From a candidate division WOR-3 bacterium (GTDB taxonomy: Bacteria; SDB-A): a DNA stretch of 64,000 bases. Shown in pieces: positions 38,620-47,221 of this stretch. A program made the translations under genes and the position numbers. How positions within the stretch are numbered: position 1 is the first letter of the stretch; each line of letters begins with the position of its first letter. Below the pieces are notes generated by a model. That model did no database searches. It was not told the origin of the DNA and saw only the letters and a program-made list of their open reading frames with translations. The stretch covers positions 1 to 64,000 of the forward strand of contig JAFGSQ010000010.1 in the NCBI GenBank assembly GCA_016934535.1. The letters run 5' to 3'.

Positions 38620-38945
38620 AAAAATTTTTCTTTCTTTTTTCGCTGTTCGTGTCTTTCCTTCCTCCTCGCCCGTCCCCTTGTGCTGTCCGGGGGACGGGCA
38701 CTTATGGGAACGGACCTTCGCCGGTCTCGCTTCCGACCCAAATGAACAATCCCGGACCTTTTAAAAGCGGTAAAAACCCGACGCCAGACTTGCCGCCTTC
38801 TGTGATGCTTTCTCTGTTTTCCAGATTTGATTTCTTCTGGGATGAAAACAACGACGGCAGTTCTTACAGGCCTGTGTTGAGGATTGAACCTGAACGTTTT
38901 TTCCTTAAGTATTCAAAAAACAAATCTCTGAACACCGGCTTCTGA
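38616..38945 (+). CDS. Hypothetical Pro-rich exported protein (uncertain)
   Basis: ATGA overlap with the upstream gene and signal-like MKKFFFLF; no recognisable family. Confidence 0.4.
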   Translation: MKKFFFLFSLFVSFLPPRPSPCAVRGTGTYGNGPSPVSLPTQMNNPGPFKSGKNPTPDLPPSVMLSLFSRFDFFWDENNDGSSYRPVLRIEPERFFLKYSKNKSLNTGF

Positions 38946-38969
38946 ATTTACTTTCGGCCAATCTCCCTC

Positions 38970-38998
38970 TTGTAAGATGAGCGCGTATTTGCGATAAT
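38970..38998 (+). promoter_or_regulatory. Sigma70 promoter of the rib operon
   Basis: TTGTAA-N17-GATAAT with extended-10 TG. Confidence 0.5.
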
Positions 38999-39004
38999 GT
39001 ACCC

Positions 39005-40090
39005 GTGTCAAAATACAAAGATGTCATATTCATGAAAAAAGCACTCAAACTTGCCCGGGGAAGAGAGAGAAAAACCATGCCCAATCCTTCCGTGGCTTGC
39101 ATAGTTGTCAAAAAAGACAAGATTGTTGCAAAGTCCGTTCACAAAGGATCCGGTCACCCTCACGCCGAAAGAAGAGCTCTTGAAAAAGCTGGCAGAGACG
39201 CAGCAGGATCGACTTTATACGTCAACCTTGAACCATGCTGTCATTGGGGAAGAACTCCTCCCTGCACAGAAAAAATTATTGAATCGAAAGTGAAAAGGGT
39301 CGTCTACGCAATTCGCGACCCCAACATTCTTGTGTGCGGCAAAGGCAGATCTGAACTTGAAAAAGCGGGTATCGAGGTGTCCTCTGGTGTTTGCGCGGAA
39401 GAGGGTTTTGAAATAAATGAACATTTTTTTGTCAGTTGCCTTTTTGAAAGACCTTTTGTTTCCTTGAAATTCGCGACTTCAGCCGACGGATTTGTAAGAG
39501 ATAAAAACGGCTCTTCAAAGTGGATAACAGGCGATAAAGCGAGATTTTACGGAAGAAAACTCCGTGCGCTTCACGTTGCCGTAACAGCCGGGACAAACAC
39601 GGTTCTGGCAGACAATCCTTTCCTTACAGCGAGGCTTCCGATGCAAATTGACCCCCTCAGAGTGATTATAGACAAAGAAGGAAAAATTCCCGAAAACAGC
39701 AACGTTTTCCTGGACGAAAATTATATAGTATTTACTACAAATGAAAATTATCCACTTAAAGCTGAACACATAGAGAAGGACCGGTTCAGTATTTCCGCCG
39801 TCCTCGAAATTCTCTACAAAAAATACAACGTGAAGTCATTACTTGTCGAAGGAGGTCCGGCTTTCACCGCATCTTTTGTCAAAAACTCCCTATACGACTG
39901 CGTCTATCACTTCGTCGCCCCCATTTTCCTCGGCGAAGGACTCGGTATGATGCCCCTCGGTTTTTCACTAGAAGAGCATCCCCGCCTGTTGCGAAAAAAC
40001 GCACTGTACTTCGGGGAAGACCTTCTGGTCGTCTATAAAAACCCGCTCAACAAAATCAAAATCGGGGAAGACGGTTGTTTACAGGTCTGA
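39005..40090 (+). CDS. ribD: Riboflavin biosynthesis deaminase/reductase
   Basis: PNPSV, HAE, NLEPCCHWGRTPPC, SKWIT, DNPFLT, VEGG. Confidence 0.95.
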   Translation: MSKYKDVIFMKKALKLARGRERKTMPNPSVACIVVKKDKIVAKSVHKGSGHPHAERRALEKAGRDAAGSTLYVNLEPCCHWGRTPPCTEKIIESKVKRVVYAIRDPNILVCGKGRSELEKAGIEVSSGVCAEEGFEINEHFFVSCLFERPFVSLKFATSADGFVRDKNGSSKWITGDKARFYGRKLRALHVAVTAGTNTVLADNPFLTARLPMQIDPLRVIIDKEGKIPENSNVFLDENYIVFTTNENYPLKAEHIEKDRFSISAVLEILYKKYNVKSLLVEGGPAFTASFVKNSLYDCVYHFVAPIFLGEGLGMMPLGFSLEEHPRLLRKNALYFGEDLLVVYKNPLNKIKIGEDGCLQV

Positions 40091-40653
40091 TTGAAGAAAC
40101 GGGAATTTTAAAAAAAATTGACAGGCGCGGACAATTCTGGGAAATCACGGTTTCATGCTGTAAAATACTCGAGGATCTTAAAACTGGAGATTCGGTTTGC
40201 ACCGACGGAATGTGTCTGACTGCTATTGAAACCGGCAAAAATTTTTTCAAGGCTCAAATGTCGCGTTCAACTGTGAATTCAACCAAATCTAAACACTACC
40301 GATCCGGTGACACAGTCAATCTCGAAAGAGCGATGAAAGCAGACGGCAGGATAGGAGGACACTTCGTCCAGGGCCATGTAGAAACTACAGGAAAAGTATT
40401 GAGATTTCTGCGATCGAAAGGAAATTCCAAATTGGAAATCCTGGTTCCGAGCGAATTTTCTGAAGGAGTCTCTTTAAAAGGATACATAGCTGTAGACGGC
40501 ATAAGCCTCACCATAAACGCTAAAAAAGGCTGTGCGATTGAAATGACAGTAATCGAAGAAACGTACAAAAAGACAAATCTCAGATTCGTGCGTCAGGGAC
40601 TACAGGTGAACATAGAAAGGGATTTCATGTCACCGATAATACGGAGGGCATAA
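40075..40653 (+). CDS. ribE: Riboflavin synthase (alpha chain)
   Basis: MFTGLIEE, VNLERA, GGHFVQGH, DGISLT. Confidence 0.95.
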   Translation: MFTGLIEETGILKKIDRRGQFWEITVSCCKILEDLKTGDSVCTDGMCLTAIETGKNFFKAQMSRSTVNSTKSKHYRSGDTVNLERAMKADGRIGGHFVQGHVETTGKVLRFLRSKGNSKLEILVPSEFSEGVSLKGYIAVDGISLTINAKKGCAIEMTVIEETYKKTNLRFVRQGLQVNIERDFMSPIIRRA

Positions 40654-41853
40654 ATGATATCAGAAATTGAAGAAGCTCTGGAAGACATAAAATCCGGCAA
40701 GATAGTCATCGTCGTCGACGATGAAGACAGAGAAAATGAAGGCGACATGATAATAGCCGCCGAAAAAGCCACTTGCGACGACATAAATTTCATCACTAAA
40801 TACGCGCGGGGATTGCTTTGCGTATCAATGCCGGAAGAAAAAATGGATAAGCTGGGGATTCCGATGATGACTCAGAAAAACACCGCTCCCTATCAAACCG
40901 CATTCGGCGTATCCATAGACGCGTCTGAAGGTATAACGACAGGCATCAGCACTCACGACAGAGCGAGAACTGTCAACCTTCTCGCATCCGAAAAATCAGT
41001 ACCGTCTGATTTCGTAATGCCCGGACATATATTCCCTCTCAAAGCAAAAAGCGGGGGGGTTCTGCGCAGAGCCGGCCATACCGAAGCTGTCGTAGACCTG
41101 ATGAAGATTTCCGGCCTGAATCCCGTCGGAGTGCTGTGCGAGATACTCGCTGAAGACGGTACGATGGCGAGAATGCCTCAGTTGGAGCTCATTTCCCGGG
41201 AACTGGACCTTAAAATAATCACTATTAAGGACCTCATCTCATACAGAACAAAAAAAGAGAAACTCGTCCGCCGCGCAGCCGTATCTTCACTTCCAACCAA
41301 ATGGGGTGAATTCAGGTTATATCTTTACGAGACAGACATCAACGCCGACGTCCACGCCGCGCTCGTCAAAGGCGACATTAACTCCAAAGACAGCATTCTC
41401 GTTCGGGTTCATTCCGAATGTTTCACAGGCGACCTCTTCGGATCCATGAAATGCGACTGCGGGGAACAGCTTCATACAGCCCTCAAAATGATAAGCGATG
41501 AAGGGACGGGCGTCCTCCTATATATGCGCCAGGAGGGAAGAGGGATTGGTCTCGTGAATAAGATACGGGCTTATTCCCTTCAGGAAAAAGGATACGACAC
41601 CGTTGACGCGAACCTGTGTCTTGGTTTCAAGCCTGACGAAAGAGACTACGGTCTGGGCGCTCAAATTCTGTCGGATCTCGGCTTGTCGAAAATCAGAGTC
41701 ATGACAAACAATCCCAAAAAATTGATCGGGTTATCAAGCTTCGGGCTGACAATCGCCGAAAGAGTACCTCTGGAGACGCATCCGCACGATAAGAACATCG
41801 AATATTTAAAAACAAAAAAAGAGAAACTCGGTCACATGTTAAAGGAGGTTTAA
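40654..41853 (+). CDS. ribBA: Bifunctional DHBP synthase / GTP cyclohydrolase II
   Basis: [25 protein letters not shown]...CDC, QEGRGIG, TNNPKK. Confidence 0.96.
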   Translation: MISEIEEALEDIKSGKIVIVVDDEDRENEGDMIIAAEKATCDDINFITKYARGLLCVSMPEEKMDKLGIPMMTQKNTAPYQTAFGVSIDASEGITTGISTHDRARTVNLLASEKSVPSDFVMPGHIFPLKAKSGGVLRRAGHTEAVVDLMKISGLNPVGVLCEILAEDGTMARMPQLELISRELDLKIITIKDLISYRTKKEKLVRRAAVSSLPTKWGEFRLYLYETDINADVHAALVKGDINSKDSILVRVHSECFTGDLFGSMKCDCGEQLHTALKMISDEGTGVLLYMRQEGRGIGLVNKIRAYSLQEKGYDTVDANLCLGFKPDERDYGLGAQILSDLGLSKIRVMTNNPKKLIGLSSFGLTIAERVPLETHPHDKNIEYLKTKKEKLGHMLKEV

Positions 41854-42321
41854 ATGCCTGTTGTAAAAGAAGGCAAATATTCAGGAAAAGGAAAAAAAAT
41901 TGCTCTCATAGCATCGCGCTTCAATTCGACGATTACTGCGCGACTAATAGACGGCGCTTTGGACGCGTTGCGCAGACATGAAGTGCTGGATCAGGATATT
42001 TTCGTCGTGTGGGTTCCCGGCGCTTTCGAAATTCCTCCCGTCGCAAAATTATCCGCCGAATCGGGAAAATATGACGCGGTTATCTGCCTGGGTTCTGTCA
42101 TCAGGGGAGACACGCCTCATTTCGATTACGTCGCCGCTGAAGTTTCAAAGGGAATCGCGTCCGTAGGCATTTCTTCAAGGACACCTGTTATATACGGCAT
42201 TATCACCGCAGACTCTCAGGAACAGGCTCTCGACAGGTCGGGAATCAAGTCCGGGAACAAAGGTTTTGACGGGGCGATGACGGCTCTTGAGATGGCGAAT
42301 TTGTATTCCGAACTGGAATGA
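41854..42321 (+). CDS. ribH: 6,7-dimethyl-8-ribityllumazine synthase
   Basis: SRFN, VPGAFEIP, IRGDTPHFDYV, NKG. Confidence 0.96.
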   Translation: MPVVKEGKYSGKGKKIALIASRFNSTITARLIDGALDALRRHEVLDQDIFVVWVPGAFEIPPVAKLSAESGKYDAVICLGSVIRGDTPHFDYVAAEVSKGIASVGISSRTPVIYGIITADSQEQALDRSGIKSGNKGFDGAMTALEMANLYSELE

Positions 42322-42324
42322 TTA

Positions 42325-42726
42325 TTGCAAAGCCTACACAATCTTAGAAAACTCATAATAAAAAAACTTTACCGGGAAGAATTTTGTGAAGAAGACGGAA
42401 ATATTTTTTTTGAATTCTACGGCAAAGATCTGGCTCGCGAAGACACGGACTGGATTGATGGAAAGATCGACACCATCAGCAAAAACCTTCAGGAAATCGA
42501 CGAACTTATAAAAAAGAGTTTAATGAACTGGGACATCGAAAGGGTCGGAATTGTAGAAAGGCAGATACTTCGACTCTCCATAGCCGAAATCCTTTTTTAT
42601 CCGGAGGTTCCGATTCCTGTCGCTATGGACGAAGCAATCAGACTTGGAAAAGAATTCTGCGGCTTGAAAGCGTCCTCTTTCATAAACGGAATTCTCGAAG
42701 CCGTTGCGAGGAAACCATCAAAATAG
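42325..42726 (+). CDS. nusB: Transcription antitermination factor NusB
   Basis: NWDIER...ILRLSIAE...DEAIRLGKEF...FINGIL; conserved ribH-nusB synteny. Confidence 0.88.
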   Translation: MQSLHNLRKLIIKKLYREEFCEEDGNIFFEFYGKDLAREDTDWIDGKIDTISKNLQEIDELIKKSLMNWDIERVGIVERQILRLSIAEILFYPEVPIPVAMDEAIRLGKEFCGLKASSFINGILEAVARKPSK

Positions 42727-43475
42727 CAGTCTTTTCGGATATTCACGGTAATTTACACGCCTTCGAAGAACTGAAAAAGAAAATGTCCGCTCTTTCTCCC
42801 GATCTGACTGTTTTCATAGGTGATGCACTGGATTACTGTGCTTTTCCCAATGAATGCGTCAAAGGAGTTGAAGATATCTCCGACGTAAAGCTTCTCGGAA
42901 ATCACGAAGCGTGCGTTCTTGAAAAAATAACGGATGAAAATTTCAATCCGGTCGCCAGGGAATCCCTCAAATGGACCAGAGGTGTTCTATCGAAACCAAA
43001 CATGAAAATCATTTCTTCCTGGGACTTGACATACTCCGGTGTTTTTGGTTTTTGGAACACGTTTTTCGCCCACTGCACTTATTCTTCTCCGGATTCGTGG
43101 AATTACCTCTTCGGACTCAAAGAAGCAAAAACAGAGATGAAAAAAATCGGGAGCGACGGAGTCGATCTTGTTTTCATAGGCCATACCCATTTCCCGGCGG
43201 TATACATTACAGACAAAGACGAAAACACAAATTCGACAGATCTGAACCTTCACCCGGAAATTGACCTCGAGCGCGGCATGAGATACATTTTTAACGTGGG
43301 AAGCTCCGGTCAACCGCGTGACGGAAATTACATGCCTTCTTATGTGGTTTTTGATACGCTCAAAAACCTGGTTGTTTACAAACGTTTTGACTATGATGTC
43401 GAGTCTGCTTACAAGGAAATACTCAAGAGCGGACTGCCAAAAAATCTGGCTTCGAGAATTATTTTAGGAACATGA
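42717..43475 (+). CDS. Calcineurin-like metallophosphoesterase (YfcE-like); probable ATC start
   Basis: In-frame (I)KIAVFSDIHGN upstream of the first ATG; GD, GNHE, GHTH, NVGSSGQPRDG. Confidence 0.85.
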   Translation: MKIAVFSDIHGNLHAFEELKKKMSALSPDLTVFIGDALDYCAFPNECVKGVEDISDVKLLGNHEACVLEKITDENFNPVARESLKWTRGVLSKPNMKIISSWDLTYSGVFGFWNTFFAHCTYSSPDSWNYLFGLKEAKTEMKKIGSDGVDLVFIGHTHFPAVYITDKDENTNSTDLNLHPEIDLERGMRYIFNVGSSGQPRDGNYMPSYVVFDTLKNLVVYKRFDYDVESAYKEILKSGLPKNLASRIILGT

Positions 43476-44716
43476 GAAAATTATACATAACAATTTTTGT
43501 TCTGGCTTTGCTGTCTTGCAGAGAAACCAAAAGACGCGAAATCACTTTAATGGACGACTCTCTGCCTTTCCAACCTCAACCTGTTTCAGAAACTCTAACC
43601 GGCGTTTTAGACTCCGGAGAATATCTGTCATCGCTTATTACGCGCGTTGCCGCATCAAGAATGAAAACCGGTGAGATATCCCTGATATTCGGACGGCTGT
43701 TCAAAACAGAACAATGCAGACCCGGCGAAAGTTTGTTTGTTTTCGTTGAAAAGGATTCTGTTGTGTGTTTTCTTTTCAAACGCAAAGAAGACCAGATGTA
43801 CAGAGTTTTCAGAACAGATTCAGGCTGGAGAGGGGAAACGGTTGAAGTTGATGTTTCCTTCGTGCCCTTCGTCATTAAAGGCAAGCTGGACGCTCAAAAT
43901 CCCTCTCTATGGCAGAGCATAATCAATGCCGGAGGCAACGACGACGTTGCAGCCGCGTTCTGCAACCTGCTCGAGTATCAGGCGGATTTCACATTCAGTT
44001 CTCGGGAAGGGGATTCTTTCGAGATACTGATATTCAAAAAATATTCCGGAGGATCCTGCATTGGCAGAACTTCAATAATTTCAGGAAACTACTGGGGAAG
44101 CAGAACTTCCGGAGAGGCTTATCTTTATCCTTATTCCCGTTTTTCTCATTTCAGCCTCGACGGGCAAAGTTCCCAGAGAAGATTTCTCAGTTCCCCTGTC
44201 TCATACTCGCGGATTTCTTCGGGTTTTTCACCGGCCAGATTTCATCCCATTCTTCAATATACAAGGGCGCACAGAGGTGTAGATTACTCTGCTCCCACCG
44301 GAACCCCTGTTTCCGCGATTGCGGCGGGCACTGTCGTCTTGTCAGGATGGTCCGGAGAAGCCGGCATCGCCGTCAGAATAAAACATTCGGGGGGCGTAGA
44401 AAGCGAATACTATCATTTGAGCAAAATAGCCGACGGAATTTCGATGGGAAAAAGAATCGAACAAGGTCAGTTAGTTGGTTTCGTTGGTTCGACCGGTTTA
44501 TCAACCGGTCCTCATTTGCATTTCGGCATAAAAATCAACGGCACTCATGTGGATCCGCTCCCGGTTCTTGCAAGAGCTTCCGGAGAACCTCTCCCGGAAA
44601 ATGAAATGTATGTTTTTGAAAAAGCAGTCAGATATTACGATATAATAAGCACGGTTGTTTCAGACCTCAGTTTTATTGAGATGGAGAAAACGGCGGCGGG
44701 ATTTCCCGGATTCTGA
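43472..44716 (+). CDS. M23 family peptidoglycan endopeptidase, lipoprotein-type signal
   Basis: RFHPIL, HRGVDY, YYHL, STGPHLHF; lipobox LLSC. Confidence 0.9.
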   Translation: MRKLYITIFVLALLSCRETKRREITLMDDSLPFQPQPVSETLTGVLDSGEYLSSLITRVAASRMKTGEISLIFGRLFKTEQCRPGESLFVFVEKDSVVCFLFKRKEDQMYRVFRTDSGWRGETVEVDVSFVPFVIKGKLDAQNPSLWQSIINAGGNDDVAAAFCNLLEYQADFTFSSREGDSFEILIFKKYSGGSCIGRTSIISGNYWGSRTSGEAYLYPYSRFSHFSLDGQSSQRRFLSSPVSYSRISSGFSPARFHPILQYTRAHRGVDYSAPTGTPVSAIAAGTVVLSGWSGEAGIAVRIKHSGGVESEYYHLSKIADGISMGKRIEQGQLVGFVGSTGLSTGPHLHFGIKINGTHVDPLPVLARASGEPLPENEMYVFEKAVRYYDIISTVVSDLSFIEMEKTAAGFPGF

Positions 44717-44718
44717 AT

Positions 44719-45630
44719 ATGAATGCAGTTGAGATAAACGAACTTAAAAAAACATACAAAACGGGATTCTTCCCCAAAAAGATAAAAGCTCTTGACGGTC
44801 TTTCTTTCTTCGTCGGAAGAGGTAAAATCTACGGCCTTTTGGGTCCTAACGGAGCCGGAAAATCAACTACAATGAAAATACTGAGCGGATTGATCAATAA
44901 AGACGGCGGATCTGCAAAAATTTTTTCAGAGTCGGCTGGAACAATGAAATCAAAAAGCATAATCGGATTTCTTCCTGAAAACCCTGTCTTTTACTCTCAT
45001 TTGACGGGAAAAGAATTTTTGTCTCTTTCATTCGCTCTGCTCGGAAAAACTCAAAACAAGCATACACTCGAAGTTTTACTCGAATCAGTCGGAATATCAA
45101 AATCATCGGAAAACCACATAAAAACTTATTCCAAAGGTATGCTTCAAAGACTGGGCATCGCTCAGGCTTTGGCAGGCGACCCGGAAGTCCTCATACTCGA
45201 CGAGCCTCTTTCAGGCGTCGATCCTGTCGGAAGGGCGGAAATAAAAGAGATAATCAGAAAATTAAAATACGACGGAAAAACCGTCATCATATCAACGCAC
45301 ACGCTTCCGGACATCGAAGAGCTGGCCGACGACATCGGCATAATAGACAAGGGAAAACTTGTAATGCAGGATTCTTTGCTCAACATAACGTCAAAATACA
45401 GAAACGCTTTCACTCTGGTTGTCGAGTCCGGCAAAAACGACATCAAAAAGACAGTAACTTCAGCAGTTCCGCAGAACTGCGGCGAAAACCTTTGGAAGAT
45501 AGAAGGAAACAGGGAAACGCTTGAGAAAGTTATGAAGACATGCCAGACGGAAAATGTAAAAATCATTCAATACGGCCCTTCTCTATCTCCCCTTGAACAG
45601 ACTTTCGTGGATTTGATGGGCGCAAAATGA
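44719..45630 (+). CDS. ABC transporter ATP-binding protein (PilH-like)
   Basis: GPNGAGKST, YSKGMLQR, LILDEP. Confidence 0.9.
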   Translation: MNAVEINELKKTYKTGFFPKKIKALDGLSFFVGRGKIYGLLGPNGAGKSTTMKILSGLINKDGGSAKIFSESAGTMKSKSIIGFLPENPVFYSHLTGKEFLSLSFALLGKTQNKHTLEVLLESVGISKSSENHIKTYSKGMLQRLGIAQALAGDPEVLILDEPLSGVDPVGRAEIKEIIRKLKYDGKTVIISTHTLPDIEELADDIGIIDKGKLVMQDSLLNITSKYRNAFTLVVESGKNDIKKTVTSAVPQNCGENLWKIEGNRETLEKVMKTCQTENVKIIQYGPSLSPLEQTFVDLMGAK

Positions 45631-46400
45631 AAAAGGTGTTTGTTCTCGCTGAAGTCACATTCAAAGTTCTTCTCAGAGAAAGGTCTCTTTATTTCATTTC
45701 TGTTTTTCCTGTTTTAATGAGCTTGATGCCAGTGCTTATTAAACCACTCGTCCTCGGAGAATACGAAAAAATTCTTTATGATTTTTCCAACGCCACTTTT
45801 CTTTTGACCGGAATTCTCGTAGCTGTTGTCACGGGGACAACAGTTATACAGACTGAATTCAAGCAAAGGACGATATATCTTATCCTTTCCAAACCTGTCA
45901 GAAGAGATCATTATCTGATAGCCAAATTCCTGGGCATGTACTGGAGTATATTTATTCTGGAAATATTCATTGCTCTTCTTTTTGCCGTTGTTTTTATAAT
46001 GACCAAGGTGCCTTTACGTCTCGAATTCTGCCTAAATTTTATCTTTATCCAGCTTCAGCTTTTAATAGTCTGCGCTTTGAGTGTTTTTTTCTCTTCTTTC
46101 GCGACTCCGATTACCGGCGCCGTGTTCACTTTTCTTACAGTGCTTTCCGGGTTCTATCTTTCTTCAGCCTTGAATTTCAGCGACATAAGTCATAAATTGA
46201 ACCCTCTGACAAAGTTTGTTGTCTCCTTATTAGCATACATTTTACCGGCTTTTTCGGAAATTGACATTAACATCCTCGCGTACAAAAGGATCCCCCTGGG
46301 ATATGATTTCGCTCTTTCCGCTGTTTCATATTCTCTGTTTTACGTTATTTCATGCCTGGCTTTGTCAATCATCTTTTTCGAAAGGAAGGAATTTTTCTGA
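45627..46400 (+). CDS. ABC-2 type permease (PilI-like)
   Basis: E..QRTIYLILSKPVRR...KFLG motif; about 6 TM; terminal FERKEF. Confidence 0.85.
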   Translation: MKKVFVLAEVTFKVLLRERSLYFISVFPVLMSLMPVLIKPLVLGEYEKILYDFSNATFLLTGILVAVVTGTTVIQTEFKQRTIYLILSKPVRRDHYLIAKFLGMYWSIFILEIFIALLFAVVFIMTKVPLRLEFCLNFIFIQLQLLIVCALSVFFSSFATPITGAVFTFLTVLSGFYLSSALNFSDISHKLNPLTKFVVSLLAYILPAFSEIDINILAYKRIPLGYDFALSAVSYSLFYVISCLALSIIFFERKEFF

Positions 46401-47221
46401 GCTTTCTTGAAGCACTTAGAAGCTACCCTTCTGTTCTGCTTGGAACGTACTGGTTTTTTCTCGGAACATGTCTCGGTTCATTTTCAAACGTCTGCATATA
46501 CAGAATGCCGAGAAAAATTTCCGTTGTGAAATCCCGGTCTTTTTGCCCGGAATGCGGAAAAAAAATACATTTTTACCTGAACATTCCCGTTGTTTCCTAT
46601 TTGCTGCTCCAGGGAAAATGCCGTTACTGCAAAAAAGCTATCTCTCCGCGTTATCCCCTCGTCGAATTATCGGTCGGAATACTGTTCTTGTATTCTTTTG
46701 TTTTTTTCGGAACGACTCTCGACGCCGTCAGAATATCCGCTCTGCTTTTTTTTCTTTTCACGGTTTCTGCAACTGACACCGACAGATATATCGTGCCTGT
46801 AAAACTGACTTCGGCTGGAATTGTTTTCGGCCTCTTGACTTCGTTTATCAAAAACGGTTTTGTCACCCCCCTCGAAAGCCTTGCGGGGACAGCAATAGCA
46901 ATTGGTACAGTCGTCTTGTTCAATGATTTGTTTTCAGCCTTATTTTCTAAAAACGGACTCGGTGACGGGGACGCGAGCGTTGCCGGATTGATAGGAGCTT
47001 ACACCGGCTGGAAGGCTTCGTTTTTTTCCTTGTTTTTCGGCTCTGTTTTTGGGCTCATTTTTTCGCTGGCTCTTATGGTTTTTTTTAGAAAAAACGTCGA
47101 AAAAGACTGGCGGGATCCTGAACCGAGATGGAAAAAAATACCTTTTGTTCCTTTTATTTCAGCGGGTTTTCTGATTTGGACCGTATTGTCTAAATATTTG
47201 ACGATTGATTTTTCTTTTTGA
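46397..47221 (+). CDS. pilD: Prepilin peptidase / N-methyltransferase (A24)
   Basis: GSFSNVCIYRMP, SFCPEC...KCRYC, RYPLVE, TD, GDGD, IPFVPF. Start uncertain (CTG 46397 or ATG 46352). Confidence 0.9.
   Translation: MSFLEALRSYPSVLLGTYWFFLGTCLGSFSNVCIYRMPRKISVVKSRSFCPECGKKIHFYLNIPVVSYLLLQGKCRYCKKAISPRYPLVELSVGILFLYSFVFFGTTLDAVRISALLFFLFTVSATDTDRYIVPVKLTSAGIVFGLLTSFIKNGFVTPLESLAGTAIAIGTVVLFNDLFSALFSKNGLGDGDASVAGLIGAYTGWKASFFSLFFGSVFGLIFSLALMVFFRKNVEKDWRDPEPRWKKIPFVPFISAGFLIWTVLSKYLTIDFSF

Noticed and set aside
38620-39004. FMN riboswitch upstream of ribD
   Set aside because: No RFN conserved blocks, and the promoter sits immediately before the start codon.
43909-44604. 231-aa same-strand alternative-frame ORF inside the M23 gene
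   Set aside because: Arg/Phe-rich out-of-frame translation without motifs; the M23 frame is intact.
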